Below are positions 42,185 to 51,250 of a stretch of DNA of 64,000 nucleotides, piece by piece. The position numbers and the translations under genes are program-made. This stretch comes from Candidatus Marinacidobacterales bacterium (GTDB lineage: Bacteria > Acidobacteriota > Vicinamibacteria > Marinacidobacterales > SMYC01), in NCBI GenBank assembly GCA_965224085.1, contig CBDCYI010000011.1:800001-864000 (forward strand), given 5' to 3'. Each line of letters begins with the position of its first letter. Position 1 is the first letter of the stretch. The notes under the pieces were generated by a model that was given only the letters and a program-made list of their open reading frames with translations, was not told the DNA's origin and searched no databases.

Positions 42185-42706
42185 ATGCGGGCCAAAACGC
42201 TCTATGTAATCGCGATACTCGCGTTGTTTTGCGGTTCACCGGAGCCGTCCTGGCCGTCCGTCAAAGAGATGGTGCGCCAGGATTTTCCCGACGTCGAGCA
42301 TGTGTCCGCTGACGAGCTCAGCCGGCAAATGGCGACGGAGCACGAGAACACGCTCATCTTGCTGGATGTTCGCGAAGCAGCGGAATATACGGTGAGCCAT
42401 CTTCCGCGTGCCGTGCGGGTGCAGCCCGGAACCGATACGTCGGCCTTTCTCGACACGCTCGACCACGACGCACCCATCGTAGCCTATTGCTCCGTGGGCT
42501 ACCGCTCGGCGGAGCTCGTCCACAAATTGAGAGAACGCGGTTTCACGAACATAAAAAACCTCGAAGGCTCCATCTTCGAGTGGGCGAATGGCGGCCGCAG
42601 CGTCGAACGCGATGGCCGCAGCGTCGAAGAGGTCCATCCGTTTGACGAGCAGTGGGGCAAGCTCTTGAGGAAAGAGCTCCACGCCTACGAGCCCGGTTCC
42701 AACTAG
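42185..42706 (+). CDS. Exported rhodanese-like domain protein
   Basis: LLDVRE..EY.VSHL, YCSVGYRS and NLEGSIFEW motifs. Confidence 0.9.
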   Translation: MRAKTLYVIAILALFCGSPEPSWPSVKEMVRQDFPDVEHVSADELSRQMATEHENTLILLDVREAAEYTVSHLPRAVRVQPGTDTSAFLDTLDHDAPIVAYCSVGYRSAELVHKLRERGFTNIKNLEGSIFEWANGGRSVERDGRSVEEVHPFDEQWGKLLRKELHAYEPGSN

Positions 42707-42751
42707 CGCCGGGGCGTAGGGCGTCTCCCGAGCCATGCTAGTATGGCCTAG

Positions 42752-43696
42752 GTGAGGAGTCGAAACAGCTTGCGTTTTCACGTCTGGGTAGCCGCCGTGC
42801 TTCTTTCATGGGCCGCGAGCGCTCAAGAGAACCGTGTTCGGTTTGAGGTCAGTGTCGAATCCGTCACGCTGGACGTTGTTGTCGTCGACGATCGCGGGCG
42901 CTTCGTTCCCGGTCTGAGCGAGGAAGACTTCGTCATTCTCGAAAACGGGGAGGAGCAGGAGCTTGCGTTCTTTACGCCGGAGTTTACTCCCGTGACGACG
43001 CTGCTTCTTCTTGACTCTTCGTCGAGCATCCGCTCGAACTTGAGCGCCATCCAGACCGCCGCCTACTTGTTCGCCCGCAATTTGAGCGAGGGAGACATGG
43101 CGCGCGTCGGGCTGTTCTCGAATAGCGTGCGGTTGGGGCCGCGCTTCACGGCCGACGTCGACGAGCATCTCGTGATTCTCCAATCCATGAGGGCTGCCGG
43201 ACGCACGGCCCTATACGATGCCATCCTCACGGCCCTCGATGAGCTCTCCAGCATCGAAGGACGCAAGGCGCTGCTCGTGTTCACGGACGGTGACGACGCG
43301 GGGCCGGCACAGCAAGGCAGTCAGTCTACGAGCGACGACGCGACCGAAGGCGCCAAGCTCAGCGAAGTGACGATCTACACCGTGGGCTTCACGGGTTGGG
43401 GCCCCGACGGCAGCGAAAGCGTCGACGTCCCGTTTCTGACGACGCTCGCCGAAGCCTCGGGCGGGCGCGCCTTCTTTCCCGAGGATGTGGAACAAGTCAA
43501 AGAGGCCTTCTTGGATGTGCAAGAAGATCTGCACCGCCACTACCGCATGGCTTATATCCCGAGCGAGGCCCCTCCCGAAACCGCGGAAGCGATCGACGAA
43601 ACGTGGCGTCCTCTCGAAGTCCGAGTGCGCGACCGCGACGACCTCATCGTCCGCACTCGGCAGGGGTATTACGCGCGGGCCGCAGAGTCGCCATAG
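42752..43696 (+). CDS. VWA domain protein, acidobacterial type
   Basis: DSSSS MIDAS, TALYDAI, RKALLVFTDGDD, SGGRAF and VRTRQGYYA motifs. Confidence 0.9.
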   Translation: MRSRNSLRFHVWVAAVLLSWAASAQENRVRFEVSVESVTLDVVVVDDRGRFVPGLSEEDFVILENGEEQELAFFTPEFTPVTTLLLLDSSSSIRSNLSAIQTAAYLFARNLSEGDMARVGLFSNSVRLGPRFTADVDEHLVILQSMRAAGRTALYDAILTALDELSSIEGRKALLVFTDGDDAGPAQQGSQSTSDDATEGAKLSEVTIYTVGFTGWGPDGSESVDVPFLTTLAEASGGRAFFPEDVEQVKEAFLDVQEDLHRHYRMAYIPSEAPPETAEAIDETWRPLEVRVRDRDDLIVRTRQGYYARAAESP

Positions 43697-43709
43697 ACCC
43701 GAAATGCGG

Positions 43710-44379
43710 TTACTCGTATCCCAGGGCTACCGCTGGGTCTAGTTCTGAGGCTCTTCTGGCGGGGTAGAGGCCGGATAGCACGCCCACGGTGATGGATACG
43801 CCGGTCGACAGTAGGATGGATCACAGTGTTACTAGGGTTGGCCAACCTGCGTAGTAGGCGACGATGTAGGCGATGGCTAGGCCCATCAACACGCCGGCAC
43901 TTCCCCCCATGAGGCTAATCGAGAACGACTCTACGAGGAATGCCATTTCGGTCTTCTGCTGCTCGACGGCAAACGCCTTTTCCGCGGTCTCGGCTTTGGT
44001 CTGGGACTCGAGCTTCAGGAGTTCTTTCTGCGCTTTGCTGGCGGAGAGCTTCTTGTCCTCTAGATCCGCGGCAAACGCGGCATTCGCGAACTCGAGCACT
44101 TTTTGGCCTTTTCGGACGAAGGCACCGTCTTCCGCCATCCACCGAATCTGGAGCTGGCCGCCAGGTACACGTGGCGCCGTGATGGTGACAGCTTTTTTTG
44201 CTTCCACGGTTCCGGTGAGAAAAATCCGCTCGACGAGGCGTCCCCGCCGCACGTGCTGAGCGGCGGCGCGTTCGCCCGGGATTTTGGGAAGGTCCCGCTT
44301 GCGCGCCGGTGCAGGCATAGGTCGAGACGAGCAACAGCCATGCGGGAAGACACCGTTTGGGATTATCTCGGTGCTCCAC
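43710..44379 (-). pseudogene. Chimeric remnant: efflux adaptor (HlyD-like) N-terminus joined to a MacB-type ABC permease C-terminus
   Basis: LTGTVEA...EDGAFVRKGQKVLEF and a coiled coil, then FLVES..ISLMGG..G...GWP...*...GLYPARRASELDPAVALGYE*. Confidence 0.8.
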
Positions 44380-44466
44380 GGCAGCTCCTCACGAACATGG
44401 TTGGATCGTAGTGCGCCGCGAGCTCGCGGGCAAATATGGAAACAATAGTAGAATCGCCTATCTCCG

Positions 44467-45225
44467 ATGGATGACGAGAGCGTCCCGCTTCCGAAGCTCT
44501 ACCATGAGCTGGCCTCGTGGTGGCCGCTTCTCTCCGCACCCGCGGAATATGCGGAGGAAGCGGGCGTCTACCAGAGCGCTCTAGTCGAAGCTTGCGCCGC
44601 ACCCCCGCAATCGCTGCTAGAGCTTGGAAGCGGTGGCGGCAACAACGCGTCGCATTTGAAAGCTCGTTTCGAGATGACGCTCGTCGACCGCTCTTCGGAG
44701 ATGCTTGCCGTGAGCCGAGCGATCAATCCTGACTGCGAGCACGTGCAGGGCGACATGCGAAACGTGCGGCTCGGCCGGACCTTCGACGTTGTCTTCATTC
44801 ACGACGCGATCGGCTACATAACCACCGCCCCGGATTTACGGGAGACGATCGCAACGGCCTTCATCCACTGCAAGCCAGGAGGGGCTGCTCTCTTCGCTCC
44901 CGACCACGTGCGCGAGAGCTTCCGCTCGTCGACGGACCATGGCGGCCATGACGGGGAAGATCGTCGTGGCCTCCGTTATCTGGAATGGTCGTGGGACCCG
45001 GATCCTGCCGATACGACCTTTCTCGTGGACTACGCCTATTTGCTGCGCTCGCCTGACGGCTCCGTGCGCGTCGAGCACGACCGCCATATCCAAGGCCTGT
45101 TCCCTCGCGCCGAGTGGCTCGATCTTCTGTCGGAAGTGGGCTTTACGGCGCGCGTCATCCCGTTCGAGCACACCGAGCTCGAACCGGGAGAGTGCGAGCT
45201 GTTCATCGCGAAGCGAAGTCCGTGA
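44467..45225 (+). CDS. Class I SAM-dependent methyltransferase
   Basis: LLELGSGGGNNA and GDMR motifs. Confidence 0.88.
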   Translation: MDDESVPLPKLYHELASWWPLLSAPAEYAEEAGVYQSALVEACAAPPQSLLELGSGGGNNASHLKARFEMTLVDRSSEMLAVSRAINPDCEHVQGDMRNVRLGRTFDVVFIHDAIGYITTAPDLRETIATAFIHCKPGGAALFAPDHVRESFRSSTDHGGHDGEDRRGLRYLEWSWDPDPADTTFLVDYAYLLRSPDGSVRVEHDRHIQGLFPRAEWLDLLSEVGFTARVIPFEHTELEPGECELFIAKRSP

Positions 45226-45356
45226 GTTGACGCCATCGCGACCTCGTGGACCTCGTCGCCGTCACGACACGATAGAGAGCTGGGCGCGTGAGCTCTAGTT
45301 GGAGCCGACCGTCGTACCGTTTGACCTCCGTTGGCCAAGGCAGCTAAATTTCCCTG

Positions 45357-45566
45357 GTGGCCCTCACCGCCGGAGCACGTCTCGGCCCCTATGAAATCCT
45401 CGCGCCGATAGGTGTGGGGGGTATGGGCGAGGTTTATAAGGCCAACGACACACGGCTCGAACGGGCGGTCGCCATCAAGGTACTCCCCGAGCACCTTGCA
45501 GACAGTCCAGAACTAAAGGCCCGTTTCGAACGTGAGGCGAAGGCGATTTCACAGCTCAAGACGTGA
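45357..45566 (+). pseudogene. Ser/Thr protein kinase N-terminal fragment
   Basis: LGPYEILAPIGVGGMGEVYKA.DTRL.R.VAIKVL...RFEREAKAISQL, truncated before HP.I. Confidence 0.9.
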
Positions 45567-45747
45567 ACCGTCCAACCCGGCGCCGATCGTTCAACTCTGG
45601 ACGTGAGAAAGAATCCAGATTTTGTGCTGAGGGCGACGTCCAGGACTCGATGATGATCGCGCAAAGGCGGATTGGTCGGTGGCCTTGAGTTTCGATGGTG
45701 TGCAGTGAAACGTCCGGCTGGGTGGTCAATCGCCGATCAGTTGGCGC

Positions 45748-47316
45748 TTATGCCGGTGCGAGTTTCGATATGAACTTCGGCCTCCATCTGAGGCGATTCC
45801 ATTGCTGGATATTGTAAGTGAGGGCGGTCCACAGAGATTCGGTGCGCACTTTGGTGATTCCGCGCACGCTAAACTGCCGCAGGCCGAACTTGGTTTTGAT
45901 CCAGAGGTTCGGAAACTCGGCCACCTGCGAGCGTGTCTTGTAGATTTCCTTGGCCTCGTCGGTCTGCATCTTGCGTCGGAACTCGACGATGTCGGGCAAA
46001 GGTTCACTCCGCTCGATCGAGCGGCCGTGCCGCGTACGAGGACAACATTGATCTTTGGCCGGACAGCTCTGACAGTCTTGCTTCGACGCCTTGTATCGAT
46101 AGCGCATCGAGCTATGGCTTTCGAGCTTAGCGTCGTAGCGTAGGTGCTTGCCCTGCGGGCACACATACGTGTTCGTCCCCTTATCGAAGACAAACTTCGA
46201 CGCCTCGTATTCCTCACTCACTCCGTGGTGCTTATACGACTTACCCCGATTGAGCACTGCTGCCTTGTTGTCGGATTGGGGGCCGATAAGCTCGATGTCA
46301 CGCTTCGTCATCTCCGTAATGTTGTTGTTACTGATGTAGCCCCCATCCACGACCATCTGCTCGGGTGCACGCTGCATGCTCTGTTCAATCCGCTCTATCG
46401 CTGGTGTCAGCTGCCGATAATCGCTGCCCGCCTGCGTGGCTTCGATGTCGACAATCAAGCCATGCGCGGCATCCGTTGAGACCTGCACGTTGTAGCTAGG
46501 GGCCGAGCCGCCCTCGGCTTGCTTCATCACACGCGCGTCCGGATCGGTCGTGCTTGCGCGGTCGACCCGGCTTTTCGCCGCTTTCAGCTTGTCGTATTCC
46601 TTCAACGCTGATTCCAGATGCTCCTTTCTCTCTCGCGCGGCGCGTTGATGTGCAGCTTGTCCCTGGCGCGTTGAATCTTCCTCCGTCTGCTTTTCAAGAG
46701 CCTCGACTGCCTTACGCGCATGCTCCAGATATTCCTCGACTCGACCCTTCGTGCGGAAACTATTCCCCGATGCGTTCGCCCGAATCCGCGTCCCATCCAG
46801 CATGACTCGCTCGAGCGTGATCAATCCGTCCGCACTCAAAAGACCCAACGTTTGTACAAACAATTCGTGCAGCGCCTCGGCATGGGTCACCCGAAAGTCC
46901 GATAGCGTATGGGCACTGATGCTCTGCATTCCCGTCAGCCATTGATACGCCGGGTGATGCTCGCACAGCCGCTCAATCGCGCGCGCCGAACTCACCGACT
47001 GACTGTAGCTGTAGACCCAAAGGCTCACCAGTAGATGCGGATCGAATGCAGGCCGCCCTGCACCACCCTCGACCGAGTGGACCTGCTCCGTATACCCGCT
47101 GAGGTCCAGCCGACCCACGAACTCCCAGATCGCTCGCGCTGCGTGATCCTCTGGAATCAACTGCTCAACGTCCACCGTCCGCAACAGCAGCTGCGCCCGA
47201 TCCACAACCTTCAACCGAGCTTGTGTCGCGCGCGCTCCTTCATCACCGTCATCGCCACGTTTTCGCGGACTCGGCATACCAGGTAGCGATGCTTGCTTCT
47301 CACCCACGTTTACCAC
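45748..47316 (-). CDS. IS1182 family transposase
   Basis: LIPEDH.AR, GRPAFDP, LDGTRIRANA, TDPDARVM, YNVQ, DGGY, CPQG...CQSCP...C and YKTR...E motifs. Confidence 0.93.
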   Translation of the reverse strand: MVNVGEKQASLPGMPSPRKRGDDGDEGARATQARLKVVDRAQLLLRTVDVEQLIPEDHAARAIWEFVGRLDLSGYTEQVHSVEGGAGRPAFDPHLLVSLWVYSYSQSVSSARAIERLCEHHPAYQWLTGMQSISAHTLSDFRVTHAEALHELFVQTLGLLSADGLITLERVMLDGTRIRANASGNSFRTKGRVEEYLEHARKAVEALEKQTEEDSTRQGQAAHQRAARERKEHLESALKEYDKLKAAKSRVDRASTTDPDARVMKQAEGGSAPSYNVQVSTDAAHGLIVDIEATQAGSDYRQLTPAIERIEQSMQRAPEQMVVDGGYISNNNITEMTKRDIELIGPQSDNKAAVLNRGKSYKHHGVSEEYEASKFVFDKGTNTYVCPQGKHLRYDAKLESHSSMRYRYKASKQDCQSCPAKDQCCPRTRHGRSIERSEPLPDIVEFRRKMQTDEAKEIYKTRSQVAEFPNLWIKTKFGLRQFSVRGITKVRTESLWTALTYNIQQWNRLRWRPKFISKLAPA

Positions 47317-47491
47317 GCTTCACCCGCGGCGTCCGACGAACTATCAGTGTGTTCCGATCCTCGACGACCCACTCAAGCTCCTCGCCAGGCTCCATCTCCA
47401 GCGCCTGCGCCAAAGGCGACGGGCAAATCACATAGAACTGACGCGTATCGTTGGCTCGCTTTATCACCTGCAGCTTCGTCACGTATCCCAT
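47300..47491 (-). CDS. Small AbrB/MazE-like protein inside the IS1182 element
   Basis: QFYVICPSPLAQALEMEPGEELEWVVED...LIVRR fits the swapped-hairpin pattern; overlaps the transposase start. Confidence 0.65.
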   Translation of the reverse strand: MGYVTKLQVIKRANDTRQFYVICPSPLAQALEMEPGEELEWVVEDRNTLIVRRTPRVKRGKRG

Positions 47492-47500
47492 GATGGGCTT

Positions 47501-47530
47501 ACGCTAAAGCATAGCGATAACACTAGTCAA
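47501..47530 (-). promoter_or_regulatory. Putative sigma70 promoter of the IS1182 ORFs
   Basis: Minus strand TTGACT-N18-TAGCGT, 9 nt before the ATG; an inverted repeat CGCTA-N5-TAGCG overlaps the -10. Confidence 0.5.
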
Positions 47531-47580
47531 GTATTAATTTTTTCTCACGTCCTCGGTCCGGACCAAGTTGCCTCAGTAAG

Positions 47581-49011
47581 TCACACGACTCTCTGATTTT
47601 CTTCGAGAAGCTCTCCTAGATCGAAGCTTTGTCCGAGCGTGGGTGTGTACGTGCGCGATCCCAGCTTGCTTTGAAGCAAGGTCGCGAGCGCGCTCGAGGA
47701 CTTTGGCTCACCATGGGTCACGAAGATCGTCTCCGGCTGTTCGCGGCTTCCGCCCGCCGAGCGGACCCAACGCAGCAGCTCCTTCTGGTCTGCGTGCGCG
47801 GAGAGCCCGCTGATGGAGATGAACGCTGCTTCTACCGCGACGTTCTCGCCGTGCACGCGCACCGTCTTTTTCTTTTCCATCATCGCGCGGCCGCGGGTGC
47901 CCGCCGCTTGATAGCCGACGAGCATGATCAAGTTGCGCTTGTCCGGGAGCAGACGCTTCAAGTGATGCAACACCCGTCCCGCGGTGAGCATGCCGCTCGC
48001 GGAGATGACGATGCGCGCCCCGGGCAGCTTGTTCAGATGTTTCGATTCCGCGACGGATCTGTGAAATTTTACGTTGTTCGGGAACAAGCGGCTCCGGCCG
48101 TCCTCCGTCAGCGATTCGTCGAGGCTCAGGTCCTTGATATGGCGAGAGTAGAGTCGCGTCGCGTCGACGGCCATGGGGCTATCGATATGGATGGGAACAT
48201 CCGGCAGACGTCCCGCGCGGATGAGCTGGCGGAGGCAAAGCGTCACGAGCTGCGACCGCCCAACAGCGAAGGAAGGAATGAGCGCGGTGCCCTTGCGGTC
48301 GAGGCAGTCGATGAGCGCATCGCGAATCTGGTCTTCCATCGAGCTTGCCTTATGCTCGCGGTCTCCATAAGTCGACTCCATCACGAGGAAATGACAGTCG
48401 GGTAGCGGGTCCGGATCGGAGTGCAGGGGGACGTCGTAGCGGCCTACGTCGCCGCTGAACACGATGCGCATCGTGCGCACGCCCGTCGCTAGATGGACCT
48501 CGACCATCGCAGCGCCGAGGATGTGTCCTGCGTTCAAGAAACGGGCGCGAACGCCCTTCGCGAGCTCCAGCCATTGTCCGTACTCGACAGTCTCCATCAA
48601 CGCGAGCGCCCCGATCGCGTCCTCGGTCGTGTAAAGCGGGAGCGCCGGCTTGTGCTTGCTGAACCCTTTCCGGTTCGCGTATTTCGCGTCCTCTTCCTGA
48701 ATCCGCGCTGAATCGCGCAGTAGAAGTCGCGCGAGGTCGAACGTCGCCGGAGTGCAGTAGATGGGGCTTCGGAAACCGTCTTTCACGAGCCGCGGGACAT
48801 AGCCGGCGTGATCGATATGCGCGTGCGTTAGAAGGAGGAAATCGAGTGCCTCGGGGTCGAAGCCGGGATTCCTCCAATTCCTCTCCCGGAGCTTCTTGAG
48901 TCCTTGAAACATTCCCGCGTCGACGAGAAAGCGTGCCGTGTCGGTCTCGACGAGGTAGCGTGAGCCTGTCACCGTGCCCGCGCCACCGTGAAAGGAGAGT
49001 TTCGGGTTCAT
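47581..49011 (-). CDS. MBL-fold beta-CASP ribonuclease family protein
   Basis: GTVTGS, LTHAHIDH, AGHILG, FSGD, MESTYG, FAVGR and SAHAD motifs; ATGA overlap with thrC. Confidence 0.92.
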   Translation of the reverse strand: MNPKLSFHGGAGTVTGSRYLVETDTARFLVDAGMFQGLKKLRERNWRNPGFDPEALDFLLLTHAHIDHAGYVPRLVKDGFRSPIYCTPATFDLARLLLRDSARIQEEDAKYANRKGFSKHKPALPLYTTEDAIGALALMETVEYGQWLELAKGVRARFLNAGHILGAAMVEVHLATGVRTMRIVFSGDVGRYDVPLHSDPDPLPDCHFLVMESTYGDREHKASSMEDQIRDALIDCLDRKGTALIPSFAVGRSQLVTLCLRQLIRAGRLPDVPIHIDSPMAVDATRLYSRHIKDLSLDESLTEDGRSRLFPNNVKFHRSVAESKHLNKLPGARIVISASGMLTAGRVLHHLKRLLPDKRNLIMLVGYQAAGTRGRAMMEKKKTVRVHGENVAVEAAFISISGLSAHADQKELLRWVRSAGGSREQPETIFVTHGEPKSSSALATLLQSKLGSRTYTPTLGQSFDLGELLEENQRVV

Positions 49012-50291
49012 GGCTTCAGAAATACTTTCAGCGATTCGATGGCGACGTCGATCTCTGTGATGGTTTCCGGCCGCTCCGCGCAAGCTGCGATGGTGGGCGG
49101 GAGTGGGACGGGCGTCTTGATGACGGCTTCGACCGTCTCTTGAAACTTCGCGGCGTGCGCTGTGGCGAGAAAGACTGCAGCTTTTTGACGATGGTCACGA
49201 GCGCCAAGATAGCCGATAGCGGAGTGAGGATCGAGCACGTAGCCGCGTCGCTCATACACGTCCAGGATCGTCGCGCGCGTCTTCTCGTCAGTGTAGGCCT
49301 TTCCGGCCACGTCGGCCCGGACCGCGTCGAGCTCGCCGTCATAGAGCCAAAGAATGCGGGCGAAGTTGCTCGGATTACCGACGTCCATCGCGTTCGACAA
49401 CGTAGCTGTGGATGGCCTCGGTCGAAAACCACCCGAGGCGAGATATTCCGGGACGACGTCGTTCACGTTCGTCGCCGCCACGAAGCGTGCGATCGGAAGG
49501 CCCATCCGTTTTGCGATGAGCCCGGCGGTGAGGTTTCCGAAGTTACCGCTCGGCGTCGCAACGGTGAGGCCGTCACGAGACGCCCGCGGAAGCTCGGCGA
49601 ACATGTGAAAATAATAAAACGTTTGGGGAAGCAAGCGCCCGACGTTAATCGAGTTCGCCGAGACGAGCGTTTGATCGGCGAGCTCGGGATCGGCGAAAGC
49701 TGACTTCACGAGGCGCTGGCAGTCGTCGAACGTACCGTCGACCGAGAGCGCGAACACGTTATCCCCGAGCGTCGTGAACAGACGCTGCTGGAGAGCGCTG
49801 ACCTTTCCCTTCGGGAAGAGCACGACGACACGGATTCCGTCGAGACCGTAGAAAGCATGGGCGACGGCGCTTCCGGTATCGCCCGACGTCGCGACGAGCA
49901 CGGTCGCGTGCTCGTCTCGGCTGTTCAAGAAGTGGAGCATCAGCTGCGCCATGAAGCGCGCGCCGACATCCTTGAACGCGTGGGTCGGACCGTGGAAGAG
50001 CTCGAGGCTGAAGAGCTCTTGCTCGACCGCGACGAGTGGGATAGTGAAATCAAGGCTGCCGCGCACGATGGATTCCAAAGTCGTGGGATCCAGATCGTCG
50101 TCGAGCAAATGTTTCGCGACGCTGAGAGCTGTGTCGGCGAGCGAGCCTCCAGAAAGCGCGTCGAGTGCGCCGGCGTCCAGAACAGGAAGTGTCTCGGGGA
50201 CATAGAGTCCACCATCCGGCGCCGGGCCGGCGAAAAGAGCTTCTTCGAGAGAGGCCCTCGGGGAGCCGCCTTTCGTGCTTACGAAGTGCAC
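49008..50291 (-). CDS. thrC: Threonine synthase
   Basis: DGGLYVP, LELFHGPTHAFKDVG, ATSGDTG, SANSIN and PSGNFGN motifs. Confidence 0.96.
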   Translation of the reverse strand: MHFVSTKGGSPRASLEEALFAGPAPDGGLYVPETLPVLDAGALDALSGGSLADTALSVAKHLLDDDLDPTTLESIVRGSLDFTIPLVAVEQELFSLELFHGPTHAFKDVGARFMAQLMLHFLNSRDEHATVLVATSGDTGSAVAHAFYGLDGIRVVVLFPKGKVSALQQRLFTTLGDNVFALSVDGTFDDCQRLVKSAFADPELADQTLVSANSINVGRLLPQTFYYFHMFAELPRASRDGLTVATPSGNFGNLTAGLIAKRMGLPIARFVAATNVNDVVPEYLASGGFRPRPSTATLSNAMDVGNPSNFARILWLYDGELDAVRADVAGKAYTDEKTRATILDVYERRGYVLDPHSAIGYLGARDHRQKAAVFLATAHAAKFQETVEAVIKTPVPLPPTIAACAERPETITEIDVAIESLKVFLKP

Positions 50292-51250
50292 GACTGGATC
50301 TCGACTCGTGCCCCCTCCTTGCTGACGAGCGAGACATGGACGTCGGTATCGACGCCGGCGGCGTCGGTGAAGGCATTTGCCATCGCTTGCGATGCAGCAT
50401 CAGCCGTGTCACGGTTGCGGCAGAGGGCAAACATCGTCGGCCCGGAGCCCGAAAGACTGCATCCGAGCGCGCCACTCTCGAGCGCCGCGCGCGTTACGTC
50501 GGCAAAGCCGGGCACGCGGAGCGAACGGATGGGCTCGGCGATGACGTCGACGAGCGAGCGCGCCATCAAATCCCAGTCTTCCCGATACAGCGCGGCGACC
50601 AACCCGCCTAGATTTCCCCATTGCGTGACGGCATTGTTTAGGCGCACTTCGTTTCCTAGAAGCGTGCGCGAGTCTCTCGTCGACAGCTCGAGCTGCGGGC
50701 GCACGAGAGCGACACAGAGTCCTTGGGGGATGGGTAGCCGTACGACATCGAGCGAGGGCGCGGTGCCGCGCACGAGCACGAAGCCGCCATAGAGACACGC
50801 AGCCGCATTGTCGGCGTGCGCGGTGCCGGCGGCGACGCGCTCGCCTTCGAGAGCGCAGGTCAGCAAATCTTCGAGTGCCGCCCCGACGCCGAGCAGTTCG
50901 TTGACGGCCACGACGGCGGCGACAGCGCTCGCGGCGCTACTCCCCATGCCGCTCGCGAGCGGGAGGCCTTTTCCGAGCTGCAACCGGACGGACGCGTCGG
51001 GAGCGTAGCGGTCGAGAAACGTTGTGGCCGCGACCGAGGCCGTGTTGCGCTCGGGCTCTCTCGGCAGCCGTCCCGAGTCACCTTCGACTTCGAGGCTAAC
51101 CTTACCGGGCGTACCCGACTTACCGGGCGTCCCAGAACTATCGGCGAGCTCAGCGGTCACGATGTCGCCTGGCGCTTCGACCGCGAGGCCGAGAACATCG
51201 AAGCCGCAGGCGACGTTGGCGACGGTCGCCGGCGCAAAAGCCTTTGTCAT
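50279..51250 (-). CDS. thrB: Homoserine kinase
   Basis: PATVANVACGFD, PLASGMGSSAA, HADN and SGSGPT motifs. Confidence 0.95.
   Translation of the reverse strand: MTKAFAPATVANVACGFDVLGLAVEAPGDIVTAELADSSGTPGKSGTPGKVSLEVEGDSGRLPREPERNTASVAATTFLDRYAPDASVRLQLGKGLPLASGMGSSAASAVAAVVAVNELLGVGAALEDLLTCALEGERVAAGTAHADNAAACLYGGFVLVRGTAPSLDVVRLPIPQGLCVALVRPQLELSTRDSRTLLGNEVRLNNAVTQWGNLGGLVAALYREDWDLMARSLVDVIAEPIRSLRVPGFADVTRAALESGALGCSLSGSGPTMFALCRNRDTADAASQAMANAFTDAAGVDTDVHVSLVSKEGARVEIQSCTS
51101..51136. repeat. 18-bp in-frame tandem duplication in thrB (SGTPGK twice)
   Basis: cttaccgggcgtacccga / cttaccgggcgtcccaga. Confidence 0.85.

Larger units (their letters stand above)
45599..47552 (-). mobile_element. 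IS1182-family element carrying two ORFs
   Basis: 16-bp terminal IRs GGACGTGAGAAAGAAT / ATTTTTTCTCACGTCC (15/16 match); no clear target duplication. Confidence 0.88.
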
